Shown: positions 25,395-34,232 of the stretch, in pieces
How the letters are laid out: each line of letters begins with the position of its first letter
How positions within the stretch are numbered: the stretch's first letter is position 1
Origin: an uncultured Thermoleophilia bacterium
GTDB taxonomy: Bacteria > Actinomycetota > Thermoleophilia > UBA2241
DNA: 64,000 bases
Direction of reading: 5' to 3'
Assembly (NCBI GenBank): GCA_963696935.1
Contig: CAVOMB010000061.1
Coordinates: 8,089-72,088, forward strand
Notes under the pieces: model-generated
Told to the model about the DNA's origin: nothing
Database searches by the model: none
What the model saw: the letters and a program-made list of their open reading frames with translations, nothing else
Translations under genes and position numbers: made by a program

Positions 25395-26159
25395 GTGACG
25401 GACGCTCCACGCAACGATTCGCGGCGCTCTGAGGAGCGGCCGGGCGGGCTCAAGCTCATCGCCTGCCCGGCCGTCATCGGCGAACTGGCCGACGGCGCTA
25501 CGGAGGGCGTCGACTGCCACGAGCTCGAGGCGCAGCTCCACGTGAGCCCGGAGCGGCTCAAGGAGGCGCTGCGCGTCGCCGTGGCCGAGGCCGACACGCC
25601 GGGCGCGACGATCGTGCTCGGTTACGGCCTCTGCTCCAATTCCGTGCTCGGCCTCAGGACCGAGCACGCCACGCTCGTCGTGCCCAGGGTCGACGACTGC
25701 ATCGCCATGCTGCTCGGCTCCAATGAGGCCTTTGCGGCGGAATCCGAGAAGGAGCGCGGCAGCTACTACGTCGCCAAGGCGTATCTGGAGGAGTGCGACA
25801 CGATCATGAGCGAGCACGAGAAGCTCGTGGAGAAGCGCGGCCGGGAACGCGCCGAGCAGATGATGCGCCTGCTGCTCGCCCACTACACGCGCATCGTGCT
25901 CGTCGACACCGGCCGCTACGACATGGAGCCGCATCGAGCACGTGTCGCCGACTTCGCCGAGACCTTCGACCTCGCCGTCGAGGAGGTGCCGGGCACGACG
26001 CGTATCCTGGACGCGCTCGTGGAGGGCGAATGGGGCGAGGACTTCGTCGTCGCTCCTCCCGGACACGAGCTCACCCTCCGGGACTTCCGGCCCGAACTCT
26101 TCGCCGGCGGCGCCTCCTCCCCGCCCCCAGCCGCATCGCACGGTACCCGGCAGGCGTGA
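25395..26159 (+). CDS. DUF1638 domain protein
   Basis: LKLIACPAVIGEL..., IVLGYGLCSNSV, VPRVDDCIAMLLGS, and GSYYVAKAYLEE match the DUF1638 pattern, which recurs next to corrinoid methyltransferase genes. GTG start. Confidence 0.7.
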   Translation: MTDAPRNDSRRSEERPGGLKLIACPAVIGELADGATEGVDCHELEAQLHVSPERLKEALRVAVAEADTPGATIVLGYGLCSNSVLGLRTEHATLVVPRVDDCIAMLLGSNEAFAAESEKERGSYYVAKAYLEECDTIMSEHEKLVEKRGRERAEQMMRLLLAHYTRIVLVDTGRYDMEPHRARVADFAETFDLAVEEVPGTTRILDALVEGEWGEDFVVAPPGHELTLRDFRPELFAGGASSPPPAASHGTRQA

Positions 26160-26733
26160 ACGTCCTCTGCATCGCCGGCTTCCTCGGTAAGACGACTCAT
26201 CGGGGTCGCGCGCGCCATGACCCAGCGCGGCCTGCAGCTCGCTGTGATCGAGAACGAGATCGGCGAGGTCGGCGTCGACGACGGCTACGTCCGCGAGCAG
26301 GGCCTGCCCGTCCAGGAGTTCTTCGGCACGATGCATCTGCTGCACCCTGCAAGCCGGACTGGTGGAGGCTCTCCGCGCCGTCGAGAACCGGTACGGACCG
26401 GACTGGGTGATCATCGAGTCCACCGGGCTGGCCGCGCCGGGCGATCTGCTCGGCCTCGTGGTCGACAACTCTCCGGACCTCGACACGATACGTGTACTGA
26501 CGCTCGTCGACGCCGTGCGCTGGCCGATGCTCCTCGAGGTGGTCGAACCGTTGGTCACGGCCCAACTCGAGGTCGCCGACATCGTCGCCGTCAACAAGGT
26601 GGACGAAGTCGACGAGGAAGCACTGGCCGCGGTCATCGAGAGCGTCGGCCGGATCGCCGGCGAGGCGACCATCCTGGCGGTGTCGGCGACCACCGGCGCC
26701 GGCATGAAGCGCTGGCTGGGCGCCGTCGTCTGA
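26158..26733 (+). pseudogene. G3E-family (COG0523/CobW-like) GTPase, disrupted
   Basis: Three frames are needed. Frame A gives VNVLCIAGFLGKTT, a P-loop lacking two residues of GxxGxGKT. Frame B gives LIGVARAMTQRGLQLAVIENEIGEVGVDDGY. Frame C gives CICCTLQAGLVEALRAVENRYGPDWVIIESTGLA...AVNKVD. The shifts are near 26196-26200 and 26325-26331. Confidence 0.6.
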
Positions 26734-26930
26734 TGAGCGAGCACGGCGGCCGCGGTCACGATGGCCACGACCTTGCGGTGGGCGGCCACGGCGACCTCGC
26801 GTTCCATGTCACGGCTCTCGCGGCCGAGCCGGCGCTCACCGGAGGCGGCGCCGGCATGGCCCGAGATGCCGTCCTCACGGTCAATGTCATCGTGTTCGGC
26901 GTGGACGAGCGGACGCTCCCTCTGTCGTGA
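26733..26930 (+). CDS. Candidate small His/Gly-rich ORF overlapping the GTPase stop (TGATG)
   Basis: MSEHGGRGHDGHDLAVGGHGDLAFHV... (65 aa). The start overlaps the upstream stop. His-rich stretches are common in G3E metallochaperones. No homology recognised. Confidence 0.25.
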   Translation: MSEHGGRGHDGHDLAVGGHGDLAFHVTALAAEPALTGGGAGMARDAVLTVNVIVFGVDERTLPLS

Positions 26931-27131
26931 CGAGCGCCTGGTCGCGCGCGACCGGCGCCGAGACCGTCTGGCGGCGCTAGTCCCGCTCGGCAACGGCTGC
27001 GACGTCCGCGACCGCGCCGCCTGCCAAGCGGCCGCGACCCCGGGTCGCCAAGCCCGCGCGGGACGTGGCCCCGCGCGCCCCGACACACTCAGGCGACCAC
27101 TCTCACCCTCGGCACGTCGGCGACGGGGAGA

Positions 27132-27168
27132 GGAGGGGCGGGACGGGCTCTTCGCCCGCCGCCCCTCC
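27132..27168. terminator. GC-rich hairpin between convergent transcription units
   Basis: gaggggcgg..cgggc pairs with gcccg.ccgcccctc (27133-27167) with a small bulge. It lies 54 nt from the MT2 stop. Confidence 0.4.
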
Positions 27169-27221
27169 CCGTTGCCGCTCGCCGTCGGCCCGCAGGCCTG
27201 GTCACGTCGCCTAGGGCACGC

Positions 27222-28571
27222 TCAGATCTCCGCGCCGTACTTGCGTCCGGCGTCGATGAACGCCTTGTACGCGGCCGGGTCGGCCTCGTCCAGGACGATG
27301 CCGCTGCTGAGAATGAAGCCCCCGTCCTTGGCGGTCTTGCCGAGCAGGTCCTTGACGTAGGCGTCCATCTGCTCCGGAGCGCCCATCGTGAACAGCGCGG
27401 CGGGCACGTTGCCGCCGATACACTGGCGCCGGCCGACGGTGGCCTTGGCGCGCTCCATGTCGGTGGCGTCGAACATCCAGACCATGCGGCCGGCGGGGAT
27501 GTCCTCGTCGGCGATGACCTCGAGGCGCTCGTTGTAGGCGCCCTCGGCGAAGACCCACGGCACGAGGCCCTCTTCGATCAGGCCGAGCAGCACAGCCTTG
27601 AAGCTCGGCCAGTAGAGCTCCTTGTAGTCGGCATCGGACATGAAGCCGTCGGCGCCCTTGTGGATCGGGATGAAGACGATCGGGTTCCCCGTCATGTTGC
27701 TCGAGCGGACCGCGAACTCGACGGCTTGCGGCGCGAGCCGGTCCATGGCGGCCTTGAGCTTGTCCGGCTGGCGGAACTTGTCCAGCATGAGGCCGCGGGT
27801 GCCGCGCATGGTGTCGCCGAGGATGTCGTAGGGAGCCTTGGTGGCGCCGCCCGCCGTCTGCGGGATGCCCAGGGTGGCCATGACCCTGCCGTCGGCCGCC
27901 ATGGCCGCCTGCATCCACTCCATGGCGGCGTCGCCGGCCTCGGCCAGCTTCTTGAGCATCTCCTTGACCGGCGGAGCCGAGAAGCCGGCGAAGAGCGGCG
28001 GCGTGAAGGGCATCTCCACGAGATCCGTCCACGGCGCGAGCATCGAGAACGGCTCCATCGCGCCGAACACGCGCGGCAGGTAGGTGCGCTGCCAGTATGT
28101 GCCCGGATCCTGGATGAGAGCGGGGTACTCGTCGCTCTTCATCCACTCCTGCTCGATGTACTGGTAGGAGGTGTCGTCCGGCGTGCCGTGCCCGGGCCAC
28201 TTGTAGAGGTGGTAGTCGAGGATGTCGAAGACCTTGCCCGGCACGATGCTCAGGGTCGAGGCGAGCCCGTCGGGCATCGTCTCCTCGTGGAACTTGAACC
28301 AGTCCTCCTTGAAGATCTCGTAGTCGTAGTACGCCTGCTTGCCGGTGTGGCCGTAGAAACGGAACGGCAGGAGGCCGATCGCCGGCGCGATCGGCACGGT
28401 CGCGGGCTTCTTGAGATCGAGCACGTCGCGGTACAGCTGTACGCGGTCACGGTAGGTCTGCGCTACCTCGGGCGAGGCGAACTCGAGCGGCACGTTCTGC
28501 CAAGCGTCGAGCCGGAACGCCAGCCGCTCTTCGGACGTCAGCTCTTTCCAGTTATCAGGCAGCATCGTCAT
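27222..28571 (-). CDS. URO-D-superfamily corrinoid-dependent methyltransferase, copy MT2
   Basis: 449 aa, a paralogue of MT1 (FIPIHKGADGFMSDADYKELYWPSFKAVLLGLIEEG, CIGGNVP, ILSSGIVLDEADPAAY). Its start overlaps the corrinoid A2 stop (ATGA). Confidence 0.8.
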   Translation of the reverse strand: MTMLPDNWKELTSEERLAFRLDAWQNVPLEFASPEVAQTYRDRVQLYRDVLDLKKPATVPIAPAIGLLPFRFYGHTGKQAYYDYEIFKEDWFKFHEETMPDGLASTLSIVPGKVFDILDYHLYKWPGHGTPDDTSYQYIEQEWMKSDEYPALIQDPGTYWQRTYLPRVFGAMEPFSMLAPWTDLVEMPFTPPLFAGFSAPPVKEMLKKLAEAGDAAMEWMQAAMAADGRVMATLGIPQTAGGATKAPYDILGDTMRGTRGLMLDKFRQPDKLKAAMDRLAPQAVEFAVRSSNMTGNPIVFIPIHKGADGFMSDADYKELYWPSFKAVLLGLIEEGLVPWVFAEGAYNERLEVIADEDIPAGRMVWMFDATDMERAKATVGRRQCIGGNVPAALFTMGAPEQMDAYVKDLLGKTAKDGGFILSSGIVLDEADPAAYKAFIDAGRKYGAEI

Positions 28572-29200
28572 GCACCCCCCACCCAGGTCTTGGCGAGCTC
28601 GACCGCAGCCACGGCGTCCTTGCCCCAGTCGTCGGCGCCGGCGAACTCCACGACGTCACCGGTCACGGGCGCCCCACCGAGCATGATCTTCACGTCGTCG
28701 CGCAGGCCGGCCTCCTCGATGGCGGCCACGGTGGCCTTCATCGACTCGAAGGCGACGGTGAGCAGGCCGCTGAGGCCGAGGATCTGTGCCTTGCTGTCAC
28801 GGACCGCGTCGACGACCTTCGCGACCGGCACGTCGACCCCCAGATCCACGACGTCGAAGCCGCCGATGTCGAGCATCGTCACCACGATGTCCTTGCCGAT
28901 GTCGTGGATGTCGCCCTGCACGGTGCACATCACGACGGTGCCGAGCTTCTCGCCGCCGGAGTCGGCCTTGAGGTAGGGCTTCAGCTTGGCCGTGATGCCG
29001 GTCATGATCTCGCCGGCCATGATGAGCTCGGGGATGAACGCCTCGCCGTCGGCGAACCGCTGGCCGATCACTTCCATGGCTTCCCTGCAGGCGGCGACCA
29101 CGCTGAGTGGGTCGGCGCCGCCCTGCAGCAGCTCACCGGCGATCCGCAGCGCGTCGTCTTCGCGCAGCTCGATCACCGCATTCTTCAGTTCGTCCGGCAT
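28568..29200 (-). CDS. Cobalamin-binding corrinoid protein, type A (copy A2)
   Basis: EAFIPELIMAGEIM, TVQGDIHDIGKD, and GLSGLLT match the family. ATG at 29200 is preceded by GGGAGG. The track ORF extension upstream is spurious. Confidence 0.9.
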   Translation of the reverse strand: MPDELKNAVIELREDDALRIAGELLQGGADPLSVVAACREAMEVIGQRFADGEAFIPELIMAGEIMTGITAKLKPYLKADSGGEKLGTVVMCTVQGDIHDIGKDIVVTMLDIGGFDVVDLGVDVPVAKVVDAVRDSKAQILGLSGLLTVAFESMKATVAAIEEAGLRDDVKIMLGGAPVTGDVVEFAGADDWGKDAVAAVELAKTWVGGA

Positions 29201-29260
29201 TGGGCCTCCCAGGTCCGACTGTGCACGGCAAGCGTCCACCGTGACTTTCCGTAAGCGCCA

Positions 29261-29290
29261 TGACATAATATATAGATAAATAGACAAAGT
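29261..29290. promoter_or_regulatory. AT-rich island (about 20% GC) in the divergent A2/GntR2 intergenic region; likely promoter/operator core
   Basis: tgacataatatatagataaatagacaaagt is striking in a roughly 70% GC background. It contains -10-like hexamers on both strands (CATAAT, TATATT) and TAGA(C/T) repeats. Confidence 0.4.
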
Positions 29291-29329
29291 GCAAGTGAAG
29301 CCGCGTTGCGCTGATAGGATGCGCCCAAG

Positions 29330-30136
29330 ATGGATGACCAGACACCAGCCGCAAGACTCGCGCCGCTCGCGCCGCTCGACCGCGATTCCTACGAGCCGGC
29401 GTATATGCAGCTCGTCAACGTACTGAGCCACGCGATCGCGACGGGGCAGTACCGGGCCGGCGACCAGCTTCCCACCGAGGCCGAGCTGTGCGCCGCCTGG
29501 GACGTGAGCCCGATGACCGTGCGCCGCGCGATCGGCGTGCTGCTCGACCGCGGGGCGGTCAGCACCACACGCGGGCGCGGCACCTTCGTCAAGCCGCTGC
29601 AGCTGGCCTCGGCGACCTTCGAGCTCAGCACCTTCCGCGAACTGCTGGGAGATCCGCGCGTCGAGGCCAAAGTGCTGGAGGCGCGCGTCGTGCCGGCGGG
29701 CGCGCGCGCTGCGGCCAATCTGGCCGTCCCTGAAGGGACGCGCATCATCAGCATCCGGCGTCTGTTGGCGCGCGGTGCAGAACCTCTGATGTATCACCGC
29801 GAGTCGCTCGTCTACGATCCGACGACGCCCACCGTCGAGTCCGAGCTCGGCGTCACAGCCCTACGCGACCTCTTCGAGGGCAGCCTCGGAGCCGGCCCCA
29901 AGCAAGGGGAGCTCATCATCCACGCCTCAGTCCTGACCGAGGACGAGGCACGCCACGTGGATCGTCCCCCCGGCAGCGCCGCGCTGGTGCTCGAGCACCT
30001 CTTCTACGACTACGACGACGCGCCGATGAGCTGGGGGCGCTTCGTCTGCCGCGGCGACCTGCTGCAGTTCCACGCCCGCATCGGTGTCCAGGCGCCGGCG
30101 CCGGAGACCAAGCCACGCTCGAGGAGGCGCTCATGA
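29330..30136 (+). CDS. GntR-family transcriptional regulator, HutC subfamily, copy 2
   Basis: EPAYMQLVNVLSHAIATGQYRAGDQLPTEAELCAAWDVSPMTVRRAIGVLL plus UTRA. A paralogue of 22569-23327. Confidence 0.9.
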   Translation: MDDQTPAARLAPLAPLDRDSYEPAYMQLVNVLSHAIATGQYRAGDQLPTEAELCAAWDVSPMTVRRAIGVLLDRGAVSTTRGRGTFVKPLQLASATFELSTFRELLGDPRVEAKVLEARVVPAGARAAANLAVPEGTRIISIRRLLARGAEPLMYHRESLVYDPTTPTVESELGVTALRDLFEGSLGAGPKQGELIIHASVLTEDEARHVDRPPGSAALVLEHLFYDYDDAPMSWGRFVCRGDLLQFHARIGVQAPAPETKPRSRRRS

Positions 30137-30804
30137 GGCCCAGACCGGGCCTCGACCCGGCGTCGCTCGTCGGTCGCGTCGCCGCGCTCGACGAGCAGGG
30201 CGCTCTCGAGGCCGTCCGCGCCAGGGTCGCGGGCGGCGACGATGCCATGGCGATCATCGCCGACTGCCAGCGTGGTCTGCAGTTGGTCGGCGAAGACTAC
30301 GCCTCCAGCGTGTACTTCATCAGCGGCCTCATCATGGCCGGCGAGATCTTCCGCGAGGCGATGGAGATCCTGGAGCCGCTGCTGCCGGCTGCCGGCGAGC
30401 GTGCCTCGGTCGAGGCGCCAGGCGGCGTGCTCATCTGCACCGTTCGTGGCGACATCCACGACCTCGGCAAGAACATCGTCATCATGATGCTGCGCTCCCA
30501 CGGCATCGTCGTGCACGACCTCGGCGTCGACGTGTCCCCGGACGAGGTGGTACGCAAGGCCCTCGCATTGCAGCCAGCCGTCCTCGGCCTCTCGGGCCTT
30601 CTCACCGCCGCCGCCGAAGGCATGAAGGCGACGGTCGCGGCGGTGCGCGACGCCGGGGACCAGATCCGCGCCCTGCCGATCATCATCGGCGGCAGTATCG
30701 TGAGCGAGGAGGCGTGCGCCTGGACCGGCGCCGACCTGTGGGCCAACGACGCCTCGCGCGGCGTGCGGCTCATCCGCGAGGCGATCGCCGCCAAGCGCGG
30801 CTGA
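30133..30804 (+). CDS. Cobalamin-binding corrinoid protein, type B (copy B2), translationally coupled to GntR2
   Basis: YFISGLIMAGEIFREA, TVRGDIHDLGKN (DxHxxG), and GLSGLLT match the family. The start overlaps the GntR2 stop (ATGA). Confidence 0.85.
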   Translation: MRPRPGLDPASLVGRVAALDEQGALEAVRARVAGGDDAMAIIADCQRGLQLVGEDYASSVYFISGLIMAGEIFREAMEILEPLLPAAGERASVEAPGGVLICTVRGDIHDLGKNIVIMMLRSHGIVVHDLGVDVSPDEVVRKALALQPAVLGLSGLLTAAAEGMKATVAAVRDAGDQIRALPIIIGGSIVSEEACAWTGADLWANDASRGVRLIREAIAAKRG

Positions 30805-30844
30805 CGACGGCCGCGCGCACCGGCCCGCCCGCGCGTCCACGAGC

Positions 30845-30874
30845 TTGACAGCCGCCCGCCCTCTGTCCTACGGT
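30845..30874 (+). promoter_or_regulatory. Candidate sigma-70-type promoter of the trp operon
   Basis: TTGACA (30845-30850), 18-nt spacer, TACGGT (30869-30874, TANNNT). About 60 nt upstream of trpE. Confidence 0.35.
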
Positions 30875-30932
30875 TCCCAGACCGCTTGCCGAAATGGCAG
30901 GCACGTGATGAAGGGCCCGGTGCTCACCGGAG

Positions 30933-32521
30933 GTGTCACATGATTGGCCCGTGGCGAAGGACATACGAGTAACCCCTGAGCTGGTCGAGGTACGCCGCCT
31001 CGCACTGGCCCACAACGTCCTGCCCATCACCCACTCGTTCGTCTCCGACCTCGAGACCCCCGTCTCCGCGTTCCTCAAGCTGGGCGCGCCGCGCCGCGCG
31101 TTCCTGCTGGAGAGCGCCGAGCAGGGGCAGCACATGGGCCGCTTCTCGTTCCTCGGTGTCGGCGCCCGCGCGCTGGTCACCTACCAGGACGGGCGCCTCA
31201 CGGTCCAGGAGAACGGCGACCGCCTGAGCGTCGACCACGACGACCCGTTCACGGCCGTCGCCGACCTCATGCGCAGTTACCGGCCGCCCACGAGCGGCGT
31301 GGCCGCCGACCTGCCGCCGCTCGCCGGCGGCCTCGTCGGCTACTTCGGCTACGACCTCGTGCGCCGGCTCGAGCCGCTGCCTGACGCCCCGCCGGACGAC
31401 CTCGGCCTGCCGGAGATGGCGTTCCTGCTGGCCGACACCGTCCTGGTCTTCGACCACCTCAAGCACACCATCACCATCGTCGCCAACGCGTTCGTGGACG
31501 GGCGCGACGTGGACGGCCCCTACGAGCGCGCCGTGGAGCGCATCGCCGACGTGCGCGCCAAGCTGGCCGCGCCCCTGCCCGCCGGCGCGGCCGGGCGCAT
31601 GGTGGACGCGGTGCAGGTCGCCGGCGGCGCGGGCGCGAGCGGGCGGGCGGCCGCAGGCGGCCCCGCCCCCTCGCGCCCGGTCACCTCATCCATGACGCGC
31701 GAGCAGTACGAGGCCGGCGTGGAGCGCTGCCGCCAGTACATCTACGCCGGCGACGCCTTCCAGATCGTGCTTAGCCAGCGCTTCAGCACGCCGGTGGACG
31801 TGACGCCGTTCTCCATCTACCGCGGCGTCCGCGCCGTGAACCCGAGCCCGTACCTCTACTACATCGCCTTCGACGACTTCGCCCTCTGCGGCTCCAGCCC
31901 CGAACCGCTGGTCACCGTCCAGGGCGAGCGCGTGGAGACACGGCCGATCGCCGGCACCCGCCCGCGCGGCGCGAGCGCGGCCGAGGACCGGCGCCTCATG
32001 GACGACCTGCGCGCCGACGAGAAGGAGCGCGCCGAACACGTCATGCTCGTCGACCTCGGACGCAACGATCTCGGCCGCGTCTGCGTGCCGGGCACCGTCA
32101 AGGTGGACGAGTTCATGGAGATGGAGCTCTACTCGCACGTCATCCACATGGTCTCGTCCGTGAACGGCACGCTGGCCGAGGGCAACGACCCGGCGGCCGC
32201 GCTCAAAGCCGCCTTCCCGGCGGGCACGGTGAGCGGCGCCCCCAAGGTGCGCGCCATGCAGATCGTCGACGAGCTGGAGACGGTGCGCCGCGGCCCCTAC
32301 GCCGGCGCGATCGGCTACCTGAGCTACGGCGGCGACCTGGACACCTGCATCTGCATCCGTACGGTGGTGGTCAAGGACGGCGTGGCGCACGTGCAGGCCG
32401 GCGCCGGCATCGTCGCCGACTCGGTGCCCGCCATGGAGTACGCTGAGACCAGGAACAAGGCGGCCGCCCTGCTGCGCGCCATCGACCTCGCCCACGAGCA
32501 GTTCGGCGACGGAGGTCCCTC

Positions 32522-32525
<4 letters not shown>
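30933..32525 (+). CDS. trpE: Anthranilate synthase component I
   Basis: LETPVSAFLKL, FLLESAEQG, GGLVGYFGYD, IAGTRPRG, and GAIGYLSYGGDLDTCICIRT match the family. An alternative GTG is at 30951. Confidence 0.9.
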
Positions 32526-33185
<660 letters not shown>

Positions 33186-33196
<11 letters not shown>

Positions 33197-34232
33197 CGTC
33201 CTGAGCGCGGCCCTCGGGCAGCTCAGCGCCGGCCGTGACCTCACGGAGGACGACGCCCGCGGCGTGCTGCTGGAGATCATGGGCGGCCGCGCCACGGACG
33301 CTCAGACGGCCGCCTTCCTCAGCGCGCTGCGCGTCAAGGGCGAGACCGCGGCCGAGATCGTCGGCATGGCCAAGGCCATGACTGAGCTCGCCGAGAAGGT
33401 CGAGGTGGACGCCGACGTGATCCTCGACACCTGCGGCACCGGCGGCGACCACGCCGGCACCTTCAACATCTCGACGGCGGCGGCGCTCGTGGCCGCGGGC
33501 GCCGGCGTCACCGTGGCCAAGCACGGCAACCGCTCGGCCACCAGCAAGTGCGGCAGCGCCGACGTGCTCGAGGCCCTCGGGGTCGCCATCGACCTTGCCC
33601 CCGGGCAGGTGAGCCGCTGCATCGCCACGTGCGGGATCGGGTTCATGTTCGCGCCCCGCCACCACCTGGCGATGAAGCACGTCGCGCCCGTGCGCCGCGA
33701 GCTCGGCATGGCCACGACGTTCAACCTCATCGGCCCGCTCACCAACCCGGCCGGCGCCAGGCACCAGCTCATCGGCGTGGCCGACGCGCGCTACGTGGAC
33801 CGCATCGCCCAGGCGGTGCGGCTCATGGGCAACGCGCGCAACCTGATCGTGCACAGTGACGACGGGCTGGACGAGATCACCACGACCTGCGCGACCAGCG
33901 TGGTCGAGGTGTTCGCCGGCCAAGGCTACGACGAGCGGTACGAGGTCACGCCCGAGCAGTTCGGTATGCGGCGGGCACGGCTCGAGGACCTCGCCGGCGG
34001 CGACGCCGCCGAGAACGCGGCTCTGCTGCGCGCCGTCGTGGACGGCGCGCCGGGGCCGCACCTGGACATCGTGCTGCTCAACGCCGGCGCGGCGCTGTAC
34101 ATAGCCGAGGCCGCGGGCAGTATCGACGAGGGCGTGGACGAGGCGCGGCGCGCCGTCGCCCACGGCGCCGCCCGCGCCAAGCTGGACGCCCTCGTCGCCA
34201 CCAGCCGGCGGCTCGCCCGGGAGGACGCGTGA
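33186..34232 (+). CDS. trpD: Anthranilate phosphoribosyltransferase
   Basis: DTCGTGGD, HGNRSATSKCGSADVLEALG, and FMFAPRHH match the family. ATG at 33186 is preceded by GAGGAGA; an alternative ATG is at 33171. Confidence 0.9.

Noticed and set aside
26931-27221. Possible remnant of a missing methyltransferase or activase in the 290-bp gap after the His-rich ORF
   Set aside because: Translations in all frames are low-complexity with no pterin-binding, RACE or ferredoxin-like motifs. Only a terminator-like hairpin is supported.
30875-30975. trp attenuator-type leader peptide upstream of trpE
   Set aside because: The small frames present (MKGPVLTGGVT; MIGPWRRTYE) have zero or one Trp codon and overlap the trpE start. 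There are no tandem Trp codons and no obvious alternative terminator/antiterminator hairpins.
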